In this document: positions 54,167 to 63,054 of the stretch, piece after piece
How the letters are laid out: each line of letters starts with the position of its first letter
Numbering within the stretch: the stretch's first letter is position 1
Assembly (NCBI GenBank): GCA_024687205.1
Contig: JAILES010000081.1
Span: 5,657 to 69,656, forward strand
Direction of reading: 5' to 3'
Origin: Lachnospiraceae bacterium
GTDB lineage: Bacteria > Bacillota > Clostridia > Lachnospirales > Lachnospiraceae
Length of the DNA: 64,000 nt
Notes under the pieces: model-generated
The model's input: only the letters and a program-made list of their open reading frames with translations
What the model was told of the DNA's origin: nothing
Database searches by the model: none
Program-made: the position numbers and the translations under genes

Positions 54167-56605
54167 TTACTGTGCTCTCAGTTCGGCACCCATGCGCTTT
54201 CCGAGCTGCTTCATAACCGAAGCTGCTGCTTTCTCGATCTCTTCAGAGGTAAGTGTCTTCTCGGAAGATCCGATGGTAAGACGTATGGTCACCGATTTCT
54301 TTCCGGCAGGGATCTGCTTGCCGCGGTATTCGTCAACGAAGCTTGCTTTCTTTACTAAGCCGCCCTCTTTGATCGCGATAACATCACTGATCTCTTCCCA
54401 GGTTGCTGAAGAATCAAAGAGCATTGAGATGTCATAATCCGTCTCGGGGAACTCAGCCAGATGAGTGAACTTGTTGGTACGTGAGATCAATGGCTTAAGC
54501 AGAGTAGAATCGATCTCGAATACCAGAACCTTCAGGTTCTTGATACCGCACTCCAGTGTCACTTTACCGGAGACCAGTCCTATATCACCGATCTTAACAT
54601 CGCCGGTGTATATGTTCTGCCATACTACGCTGTCAGCCCACACAGGCTTTGTTTCCTTACGGAAAGTAAAGCCTTCCATATGTGTGAAGCGAGGCATGAA
54701 CTCAAGAGCACCCTTTACTTCACGGAAGAGATCGTTCACGTTCTTTGATGCGCTTGCCACTGCTGCCGCTATATTACGACGCTGACGGGGCAGGGATTCG
54801 GTCTCATCATAAGGAGAGGTATAGTCGGTGTCCGTAAATACCTGAGCCTCTTCAAATATAGAAAACTCGCTGAAATAACGCTCGTTCTTCATTACCGCTT
54901 CGACGAGGTTGGGAAGCAGTGAACTGCGCAGGTAACTTAAATCCGGAGCAGGGGGTGTGGAAAGTTTAAGCATGCCCGTGGTATCCTGCATCACTGCGTT
55001 TACGAATACGTCATTCATCCAGGGATAGGTATATACTTCCTGCATGCCGCAGCGTATAGCAAGATATTCCTTGATATTGCGGACAAGATCGATGGACTTC
55101 TGGTTGATGGCTCCTTCAAAGCTTGTAGTGAAGGGAGTAGCTTCGAAATTGTCATAGCCGTACATTCTGGCCACTTCTTCCATCACGTCATCCTTTATGG
55201 ATATATCTCCGGTGGAACGCCAGGTCGGTGCGGTCACATGCATGTTATCTCCGTCGATCGCTACGTCAAAGCCCAGGATCTCCAGCTTTGCGCGTATATC
55301 ATCATTTGTCAGATGCTTGCCAAGTCTCTTTGCAAGCCAGGTCAGATTAACGTCGATCTCGGCACGCTCAAGCTTCTTTTCATATTTATCGCAGTAACCC
55401 GTGATCTCAAGTTCGGGATACAGTTCTTTGAAGTATTCCAGAGACAGCGCCAGAGCCTGGTCGCAACGCTCGGGATCAACAGCTTTCTCGTAACGTGAAG
55501 ATGCTTCCGTACGATTGTCGTAACGAAGAGCTGTCCTGCGGATTCCGGTGGATTCAAAGTTAGCCACCTCAAGTATCACTCGTTTAGTATCGGGAAGGAT
55601 GGAATCTTTTGCACCTCCCATTACGCCTGCCAGTGCAACAGGTCCTTCTCCGTCGGCTATTACCAGATCGTCCTCGTTAAGTTCCAGATCTTTTCCGTTT
55701 AAGAGCAGAAGCTTTTCAGCTTTCTCTGCACGTCTTACACGTATATGATCCTTTATGACATCAGCATCAAAAGCATGGGTCGGGTTACCGGTAGCGAGCA
55801 TCACATAGTTGGTGATATCAACCAAGGCATTGATGGGACGCATGCCCACTCTCCAGATACGGCTCTGCATCTTAAAAGGTGAGGGCTTTACTTCCACGCC
55901 GTTCATCTCCACTCCGATGTAGCGGGGGCAGCGCTCACTGTCGAGGATCTCAACTTTGAAATCCGATTTAGCCTGAATCTGCGCAGCTTCGAATTTCTTA
56001 AGCGGAAGCTTGTATAACGCTGCTATCTCACGTGCGATACCGTAGTGTCCCCAGAGATCCGGACGGTTGGTCATTGACTTGTTATCGATCTCCAGCAGTA
56101 CATCATTAAGATCAAGCGCATCTGCCAGCGGGGTACCTGCCGGTACATCAAAGGCAGAAAGATCAAGGATCTCCGCTTCCTGAGTAGAGGGGAACAGGTC
56201 GCCTAAGCCAATTTCGTCGGATGCACAGATCATACCGTAAGATTCTACGCCACGAAGCTTGGATTTTTTGATCACCACAGGTTCTCCTTCGCCATGCCAG
56301 CGGACAACGGCACCGGGTGCGGATACCGCGACACGCATGCTTTTTTCCAGATTGATACCGCCACAGACGATCTCTTTGTCTTCACCGTCGCCGATATCCA
56401 CGGTACACACTCTTAATTTATCTGCATTGGGATGGGGAGCTATCTCTTTGATCACACCCACCATCATGTTTTCAAAACGCTTGCCGAGATATTCCACATC
56501 TTCCACTTCGACGGTATCCATCGTAAGGTCGTATGCCAGTTTTTTAAGATCCGCATCATCGGGAAGACTTACATAATCTTTTATCCATGATAATGAAAGT
56601 TTCAT
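54167..56605 (-). CDS. pheT: Phenylalanyl-tRNA synthetase beta subunit
   Basis: MKLSLSWI, HPNADKL, IVCG, RGVESYGMICA, NRPD..GHYGIAREI, NYVML..G.PTHAFD, PTWR..DI, C-terminal GKKSVTIRL. Confidence 0.95.
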   Translation of the reverse strand: MKLSLSWIKDYVSLPDDADLKKLAYDLTMDTVEVEDVEYLGKRFENMMVGVIKEIAPHPNADKLRVCTVDIGDGEDKEIVCGGINLEKSMRVAVSAPGAVVRWHGEGEPVVIKKSKLRGVESYGMICASDEIGLGDLFPSTQEAEILDLSAFDVPAGTPLADALDLNDVLLEIDNKSMTNRPDLWGHYGIAREIAALYKLPLKKFEAAQIQAKSDFKVEILDSERCPRYIGVEMNGVEVKPSPFKMQSRIWRVGMRPINALVDITNYVMLATGNPTHAFDADVIKDHIRVRRAEKAEKLLLLNGKDLELNEDDLVIADGEGPVALAGVMGGAKDSILPDTKRVILEVANFESTGIRRTALRYDNRTEASSRYEKAVDPERCDQALALSLEYFKELYPELEITGYCDKYEKKLERAEIDVNLTWLAKRLGKHLTNDDIRAKLEILGFDVAIDGDNMHVTAPTWRSTGDISIKDDVMEEVARMYGYDNFEATPFTTSFEGAINQKSIDLVRNIKEYLAIRCGMQEVYTYPWMNDVFVNAVMQDTTGMLKLSTPPAPDLSYLRSSLLPNLVEAVMKNERYFSEFSIFEEAQVFTDTDYTSPYDETESLPRQRRNIAAAVASASKNVNDLFREVKGALEFMPRFTHMEGFTFRKETKPVWADSVVWQNIYTGDVKIGDIGLVSGKVTLECGIKNLKVLVFEIDSTLLKPLISRTNKFTHLAEFPETDYDISMLFDSSATWEEISDVIAIKEGGLVKKASFVDEYRGKQIPAGKKSVTIRLTIGSSEKTLTSEEIEKAAASVMKQLGKRMGAELRAQ

Positions 56606-56616
56606 TTCGCACCTCC

Positions 56617-57654
56617 TTATCTAAACTGTGTCAGGAATCTCAGATCCGCACTGTGGAACAGACGGACATCATCCACACCGTAACGCATCATGACCAGTCG
56701 GTCCAGACCGATGTTCACATAGAAACCTGTATATTCATCGGGATCAAGACCTGCCGCACGCAGCACGTTGGGATGAGGTGAACCGCCGGGCATTACTTCT
56801 ATCCAGCCCACATGCTTGCAGACGCTGCAGCCTTTACCGCCGCAGACCTGGCACTGCATGTCTATCTCAAAGCCGGGCTCCACGAAGGGGAAGAAACCGG
56901 AACGCATCCTGACAGGTACATCGGTACCGAATACTTTGCTCAATATACTCTTGATCAGTACCTTACCGGAAGTAAAGGTAATATCCTTATCCACGATAAG
57001 AGCTTCGTACTGGAAGAATGCTCTCTCATGATGTGCATCGGTGGTCTCGTTACGATAAACACGGCCGGGATATACGAAACGATAAGGCGGCTTATGTGTC
57101 TGCATGTAACGTACGGAACCGCCGGTAAGATGAGGCCTTAAGCAAAGCTTTTCATTAGTGCTTCCGCTGTCGTGACCTGCCAGCCAGTAGGTATCCATAC
57201 TCTCACGGGCAGGATGGTTCTGGGGGAAATTCAGTTTATCAAACGCATACATCTCACTGGTAATGTCATCCTCCTGATACACTTCAAAGCCCATGGATCT
57301 GAATGCGTCGTTTAAGTCGTAGCACATCTGTGTAATGGGATGAAGGCCGCCGTTCATCGGCATGATACCCGGAACACTTACGTCAAAATCGGGAGATACC
57401 TCAGAAGCCTTGAGCTTCAGCTCCGTTCTCTTTTCATCGATCAGTTCCGTTACTTTATTCTTGGCAACGTTCAAGAGCTTACCCATCTCAGGCCTTAAAG
57501 AAACATCCACATTGGGCAGCTCCTTTAACAGAAGGGTCAGCGATCCCTGCTTTCCGACCACTGCGCTGCGGACCTTCTGCAGTATGCTTTCGTCCTGAGC
57601 TTCGGCGATCATGTTTTTTGCTTCCGACAAAATACTTTCGATCTTATCTTTCAT
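56617..57654 (-). CDS. pheS: Phenylalanyl-tRNA synthetase alpha subunit (divergent type)
   Basis: HPARESMDT, FFPFVEP, C..C.G.GC.VC Zn motif, DLRFL C-terminus. Upstream of pheT under a Phe T-box. Start MKDKIE after GGAAAGGAG. Confidence 0.88.
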   Translation of the reverse strand: MKDKIESILSEAKNMIAEAQDESILQKVRSAVVGKQGSLTLLLKELPNVDVSLRPEMGKLLNVAKNKVTELIDEKRTELKLKASEVSPDFDVSVPGIMPMNGGLHPITQMCYDLNDAFRSMGFEVYQEDDITSEMYAFDKLNFPQNHPARESMDTYWLAGHDSGSTNEKLCLRPHLTGGSVRYMQTHKPPYRFVYPGRVYRNETTDAHHERAFFQYEALIVDKDITFTSGKVLIKSILSKVFGTDVPVRMRSGFFPFVEPGFEIDMQCQVCGGKGCSVCKHVGWIEVMPGGSPHPNVLRAAGLDPDEYTGFYVNIGLDRLVMMRYGVDDVRLFHSADLRFLTQFR

Positions 57655-57690
57655 GATTACTCCTTTCCGAAAGAATTTTCTGTGAAAATT

Positions 57691-57942
57691 AAAAACGTCC
57701 CCTGTTTGCACAAGGGACGATCATTTACCGCGGTACCACCCTAATTCAGGACTGATATTTATGCCCTGCACTCTTTGTGTGTAAAATGTTTGCTACACCA
57801 ACATCCGGCTTAACGCTGACGCTTTTCGCCGGAAGGCTCCGGTACTGAAATTTCCGTAAGGCTCATGTGAAGTGCTTCCAGCCGGTGACACCTCATCTCT
57901 GTTTTCACTACCTCTTACGTACTGACATACTTTCATCGCCTA
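57691..57942 (-). ncRNA. T-box riboswitch (Phe specifier)
   Basis: T-box AATTAGGGTGGTACCGCGG, terminator CGTCCC..GGGACG-TTTTT, CAGAGA and GCTG distal motifs, specifier GAAAT-TTC-A (57849-57847). Confidence 0.92.
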
Positions 57943-57951
57943 ACAGTTGGT

Positions 57952-57980
57952 ATTGTATTGAATCGGAAGGGATTTGTCAA
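57952..57980 (-). promoter_or_regulatory. SigA promoter of the T-box-pheST leader
   Basis: TTGACA, 17 nt, TACAAT. Confidence 0.8.
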
Positions 57981-57996
57981 CTGTATGTTATCCTGC

Positions 57997-58572
57997 TCAC
58001 GAAGCTGCCAGAATTTTCACCAGGGCCTCATAGGATAAGCTGAAGGCTTCCGGGCCGCTCAGAACCTTGCCATTCCGTGCAGGTATGGCATCCCTTCCCC
58101 GTTCCAGATTTTCCGCTGCCATTTCTCCATAGATTCCCTTTTCGTTCTCGTGCAGCAATACCGCATCGTTTGCAGCAGCATAGTCTGCGAATCTTCCCAT
58201 TCGTTCCCATACCGCATTCTTCCATTTTGCATTCTCTCCCTCAGGAATGTAGAAACTGAACATCCGCAGATTCTCTGCATCCATCATATGTGCTACTTCT
58301 ATGGCACGTTTGAATTCTTCAAAGTGATTTTCGAAGTCTTCTTCAATACCGATCTTGCCCAGAGGTGTACCCAAAGCCGAAAGTGCGATCCCTGCATCAT
58401 CCAGTTTCTTCTTTATTTCATGTACTTTTTCATCACTGTGATAGATCAGATTATCTCCGTCTACACCCCTCATTTCTACGTAACGGATATCCAGTTTCTT
58501 TAAATTCTCGATCTGTACATCAAGTGACATATCTATCTCATCCGCAAATCCGCTTATCTTATCGTACTGCAT
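57997..58572 (-). pseudogene. Sugar phosphate isomerase/epimerase (TIM barrel) with an in-frame internal deletion
   Basis: ISGFADEI..RMFSFY..LLHENEKGIYGE then jumps to the C-terminal tail. The later D.AN and H.KD metal-binding segments are absent, and at ~190 aa it is short for this family. Confidence 0.7.
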
Positions 58573-58589
58573 CACTTTATCCTCCTTAA

Positions 58590-59640
58590 TCAATATGTTC
58601 CCGTGGTATCAAAAACTATCCCTGCATCATCTTTTAATACAGAACGGCTGCGCCTCTTATCCAGTTCCTTAAGGAACAGCTCTTCGTCTATAGGCAGCTC
58701 GACAGTCTTATCCAGCCAGGAAGAGAGGTACATCGCATTGGACAGCATCAGTGCATTGATCCCTTCTTCCCCTTCAGCTATCAGGGGTGTTCCATCCAGT
58801 ATCCTGCCGGCAAAGGCTTTCAGTACACCGACATGCTGCTCGTTAAAGCCGTCAGTTTCCACTTCGATGCGCTCCATCTCAGGCTTTGCAAAACCGTTCT
58901 CTGCAGTTCTGCAGAATTCCCTTTCATTCACCTTCAACCTGTCAAAGATAAGTCTGTCATGTTCACAGACTGTCTTTCCTCTTTCAAAAGTGAGTTCCAG
59001 ACGGTTTGTGCCCGGTGCATCTCCTGTGGTGGTCACAAAAACTCCGGTCGCTCCGTTTGCAAATTCCATATACGCCGTCACATCATCTTCAACTTCGATG
59101 TCATGCCACTTCGCTTCATGACAAAAAGCACGTACCTTCACCGGCCCAGGTAGCTTTCCATCCCGCCGCATCATAATAACTCTGGGTACGGTACCAGTCC
59201 GTAATGATCCAGTTCACTCTTTTAAGCGCACCGAGTTCACCGCTGCCGATCATCTCGTGCAGTTTTCGATACACACAGTTGGTCCGCTGGTTAAACATGA
59301 TGGCAAAGACCCTGTCGCTCTTTTTAGCTTTCTCATTCATCTCTCTAACCTGCTTTGTGTATACTCCGGCAGGTTTTTAACTGATGGCATGCAGTCCGTG
59401 CTGCAACGCATAGATCACATATTCCGGATGCTGATAATGGGGCGTCGCAACAAATACCGCATCACATAGCCCCGAATCTATCAGCTTCCTGCCATCTTTA
59501 AAGCTCGCCACATCCGCCGGCAGATTTTCCCTTGCCCATTCCAGACGGCTCTCCCTTGCATCCGCCACTGCGGTAAGACGCAGCCGCGGCACCTTTCCTT
59601 CGATGATCGATAGGGCATGATTCGCTCCCATACCGCTGGT
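58590..59640 (-). pseudogene. Gfo/Idh/MocA oxidoreductase pseudogene
   Basis: N-terminus missing. In-frame TAA (59377-59379) where EKP is expected (HAIS*KPAGVY). Frameshifting deletion at 59135-59145. Confidence 0.85.
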
Positions 59641-59644
59641 GATC

Positions 59645-60147
59645 TTCCGGGTGATATAAAAAAAGAAGAGCTGCTCTGTCATTTTGACAGGCTACTCTCC
59701 CATAAAGACCTTACCTCCACCAAAGCCCTGATCACTTTACTGAAACTGTTTGATGTTATTCATACAATTATGATAGAAAAGAAAGCTCTCATTAACAAGG
59801 AAGCTTTGCCGATCTCCGCTTCCCAGAAGAAAGTCAATGATATCATCTCTTATCTGACGCAACACCTTCGTAATAATCCGACCATCAGCGAGCTGGCCTC
59901 TCACTTTTATCTGCACCCGGACTATCTGGCAAGACTGTTTAAAAAACATATGCATATCTCCCTCGGACACTATATCATGCTGCAAAAGATCAGTGCAGCC
60001 GAATCACTTCTGCGAGAGGGCATGACCGTCACCGAAGTACAGGAGTACCTGAATTACTCCAGCTACTCCTATTTCTTCCGTACCTTTCAAAGGATCACCG
60101 GTATCTCTCCGAGCCGCTACCGGAGCCTGTCGATTGATTATAACTGA
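59645..60147 (+). pseudogene. AraC family regulator, N-terminally truncated
   Basis: Intact double HTH (ELASHFYLHPDYLARLFKK..YFFRTFQRITGISPSRYR) but no RBS or sensing domain; fused head-to-head to the oxidoreductase remnant. Confidence 0.7.
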
Positions 60148-61430
60148 GAGTTTTCCTGTCGACGTCCGCCATGTCCTCTTCTTCCTTCATTATCCTCCGG
60201 CATCATACCGCCCTGCGGACCCATGCCATTTTGTCCGCCACGGCCGCCGATCATCTGATTTGTGATCGTATTTGTTTCCTGTCCGTTCTCTATAATAGTC
60301 CCTCCGTTGTATTCCGCAGTGCCGTCATAATCGAAGGTGGACTGCCCTGTTATGCTTATCGTTCCGCCGTTTATACGGATATCCCCGTTGGAATCAACAC
60401 CGTCGGTATCTCCGGCACCCATTGCTATGCTTACATTTCCGCCATTTAGTTCAAATAACGGAGACAAGGTTGAAGATTTATAAGCAGCGTTTATCCCGTC
60501 ATCCGATGCCGTGATATCGATGTTGCCACCATCTATCTCTATCTGAGTTCCTTCTATTCCCTCGGCTGCTGCAATGACGATATCGCTGTCTTCGATCTTT
60601 ATGATCGTGCTTGCATGTATTCCGTCATCAACCGCCTTGATATTTATAGTGCCGCCCGCTATATAAATGTATCCTGTAGTATCATCATCATTATCTTCAG
60701 CATGCAGACCATCATTACATGCTGTAACTTCAATGCATCCGTCAGCGATCAATATTTCATCATGCGCTTCAATGGCACTGCCGGCGCAGGCGATCTCTAT
60801 AGTACCTCCGGTTACTTTTATATCATCTTTAGATGATATACCATTGTCGGAGGATGTTATGCTTAAGGAACCTGTTCCGTTCAGTACCAGATCATCCTTT
60901 GAAAAGATAACAGCATCTGTATTTGTATCACCGTCAGTAGAAAAGCTCCCGCTCACGGTAAGTTCATTATCATCCGATATTGTGGTAATAAACACTTTAT
61001 CCGCGCTCTTTACGTATATACACGGACTATCAGTATTGCTGAGCTTAAGCCCATCCAGCACCAGCTGTACTTTGTCCTTATCATCTGCATCAACCAAAAC
61101 AGTCACATCATCGGCATTACCGCTAAGCACATATAATCCTTCCGAATCTATCGTAATATCAGTTCCGTCAGATACATTGATGTACTCTGCATCAGCCAGA
61201 TCCGGAGTCTGCTGCATATCCATGTCGGTAAACAGATCGTCTGTATCTATCTCACTGCTCTTTTCGAAACCTGTACCGCTGTTACCGCTGCCCAGCTGTT
61301 CCAATGAAACATCCGAATTTTCTGCCTGTTTCACTGATGCTCCGGTTTTTGTATTAGCTGAATTCGTCTGTCCGCATGCTGTTAATAATACTGTTGCGGA
61401 AAGTATTGCGATTATCATTCTTTTCTTCAT
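60138..61430 (-). CDS. Carbohydrate-binding domain lipoprotein (Cthe_2159/DUF4353-like beta-helix)
   Basis: Lipobox LLTA-C, IFSKDDLVLNGTG, repeated DG/AI.A..G..I turns, GDTDGVDSNG, Gly/Met-rich tail. Confidence 0.85.
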   Translation of the reverse strand: MKKRMIIAILSATVLLTACGQTNSANTKTGASVKQAENSDVSLEQLGSGNSGTGFEKSSEIDTDDLFTDMDMQQTPDLADAEYINVSDGTDITIDSEGLYVLSGNADDVTVLVDADDKDKVQLVLDGLKLSNTDSPCIYVKSADKVFITTISDDNELTVSGSFSTDGDTNTDAVIFSKDDLVLNGTGSLSITSSDNGISSKDDIKVTGGTIEIACAGSAIEAHDEILIADGCIEVTACNDGLHAEDNDDDTTGYIYIAGGTINIKAVDDGIHASTIIKIEDSDIVIAAAEGIEGTQIEIDGGNIDITASDDGINAAYKSSTLSPLFELNGGNVSIAMGAGDTDGVDSNGDIRINGGTISITGQSTFDYDGTAEYNGGTIIENGQETNTITNQMIGGRGGQNGMGPQGGMMPEDNEGRRGHGGRRQENSQL

Positions 61431-61469
61431 AGCTTTGTCCTCCTTTGTGAGTTATCGTCAATTACCTGT

Positions 61470-62150
61470 TTACAGCGCTTCCTGCGGTTCGACCATACGT
61501 CCCAGGCTGATATCAAGATTTCCGTTAAGTGTCCTTAACTCATCCAGAAATTCACGGGATGAAGTATTTTCTTTCATTACCACACTTAATGTAAGTTTAT
61601 AAAGACTTCCCATATTTGTTGTCCGTACATCATCATAGCTGTATTCCTTCAGATACTTTTTAAAGGTATCCTCAAATCTGTTTTCATAATCCAGATTTTC
61701 CGGCACTGCGATCTTGAGCATTTTTACTCCCTTGCTTTCCGCGCCGAAATGAGCAAATTTCAGAATAAGATTTACTCCGGAAACCACCAGTGAGAATATC
61801 AACGCTATTCCCACGTATCCCATTCCTGCAGCCAGTCCTACTGCCATTGCCAGGAATATTCCTGTTATCTCCTGACCACGCCCCGGTGCCGAACGGAAAC
61901 GCACCAGACTGAACGCTCCTGCTACTGCTACCCCTGCTCCCAGGTTGCCGTTAACGAGAATTATCACCAGCTCCACAATCGCCGGAAGCAGCACCAGGGT
62001 TGTCACGAAACTTTTGGAATACCTGTTTTTTATCATATAACTTCCTGCTATTATCAGCCCGCACAGGAATGCGGCCATCGTAATTATCACAAACTCACTT
62101 CCGCTGAAAGTACTTCCTGCTATTATTGATGAAAAAATATTATTAAACAT
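61470..62150 (-). CDS. DUF4956 domain membrane protein
   Basis: VNGNLGAGVAVAGAFSLVRFRSAPG..EI..IF..MAVGLA.GMG. Confidence 0.88.
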   Translation of the reverse strand: MFNNIFSSIIAGSTFSGSEFVIITMAAFLCGLIIAGSYMIKNRYSKSFVTTLVLLPAIVELVIILVNGNLGAGVAVAGAFSLVRFRSAPGRGQEITGIFLAMAVGLAAGMGYVGIALIFSLVVSGVNLILKFAHFGAESKGVKMLKIAVPENLDYENRFEDTFKKYLKEYSYDDVRTTNMGSLYKLTLSVVMKENTSSREFLDELRTLNGNLDISLGRMVEPQEAL

Positions 62151-62934
62151 AAGCCATCTCTCCTTTCATTCTTCTGTTTTTCCACTCACCTGACTGCAAT
62201 CCGGTTTCTGTTATCGGAATCCTGACAAAAGTGCTCCTCATCATATCCGCATAACCCGCTCCGTATTTCGAAAATGATGCAGGAAAAATCTCCAGTTCAC
62301 TGAGCTTCTCTGACAGTCTGCGCGGAAAAGCATTGCTCACTTTTATCTCCATCAGATACTGTCCCTGCTGTAACAGTGGTTTTCCCTTTTTTATCTGCCT
62401 TAAATCCCTGCATTCGGCATTCCACTCAATGTTGCTGTCAAAAGTGATACGGAAATCTTTATCCTCCGTTCCTGCCATGGCTATACGGTCATAACAGATG
62501 CTCATTGCCGGGATTAACTGTCCGTATAACTGACGGAAGGCTTCTATCTCTTTTGCTATCTGTAAAGAACCGATATCCGTCTTTTCTCCCGAAAGATATT
62601 CGAACAGATCTTTATATTTCCCGGGAATGCGTCTTTTATAAACAACGCCCGCATACTTCTTTTTGATCTCAATAAATGCATTTGTATCATCCTTTGCCGT
62701 TCCGTAGGTACGCAGCCTCAGTTTTTCTTTATACAAGGGTTTTTCCATCGATGTACGGATCAGTCTGTGATCCGGGGTATCGTAATATATATTGTTGATC
62801 CTGGATAAACCATATTCGTCTGTACTGGCCATGCTTTCAAGAAACGTCACCAGCTCTCTGTACTGCACTTCATTCAGCATATATTTGATCTCTTTCCTCT
62901 GAAATACCTCTCTGTATCCGCTCATATACATCAC
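62143..62934 (-). CDS. VTC/polyphosphate polymerase (CYTH-like) domain protein
   Basis: R.EIKY, IYYDTPD, KEKLRLR.Y, FIEIKKK..G.VYKRR, RITFD, LMEIK, FSKY. Confidence 0.88.
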   Translation of the reverse strand: MMYMSGYREVFQRKEIKYMLNEVQYRELVTFLESMASTDEYGLSRINNIYYDTPDHRLIRTSMEKPLYKEKLRLRTYGTAKDDTNAFIEIKKKYAGVVYKRRIPGKYKDLFEYLSGEKTDIGSLQIAKEIEAFRQLYGQLIPAMSICYDRIAMAGTEDKDFRITFDSNIEWNAECRDLRQIKKGKPLLQQGQYLMEIKVSNAFPRRLSEKLSELEIFPASFSKYGAGYADMMRSTFVRIPITETGLQSGEWKNRRMKGEMAYV

Positions 62935-62995
62935 TTCCTTTCAGAAATATCTCCTGTTTATGATGCAATGATACATTGTCAATCTTAAACGAAAA

Positions 62996-63030
62996 TTAAA
63001 AACACCGTAAAAGTAAAAAATTTTACGGTG
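62996..63030 (-). terminator. Intrinsic terminator after the histidine kinase gene
   Basis: CACCGTAAAA-N8-TTTTACGGTG followed by a T run. Confidence 0.75.
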
Positions 63031-63054
63031 TCCCTTAAACTGTTATTAATATGC

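Noticed and set aside
57655-57711. N-terminal extension of PheS in the ORF track
   Set aside because: Falls within the T-box terminator; the RBS supports ATG 57654
62968-63000. TTAA[TG] direct repeats with 11-bp period as OmpR-family boxes before the VTC operon
   Set aside because: Too short and AT-rich to distinguish from background; promoter spacing is ambiguous
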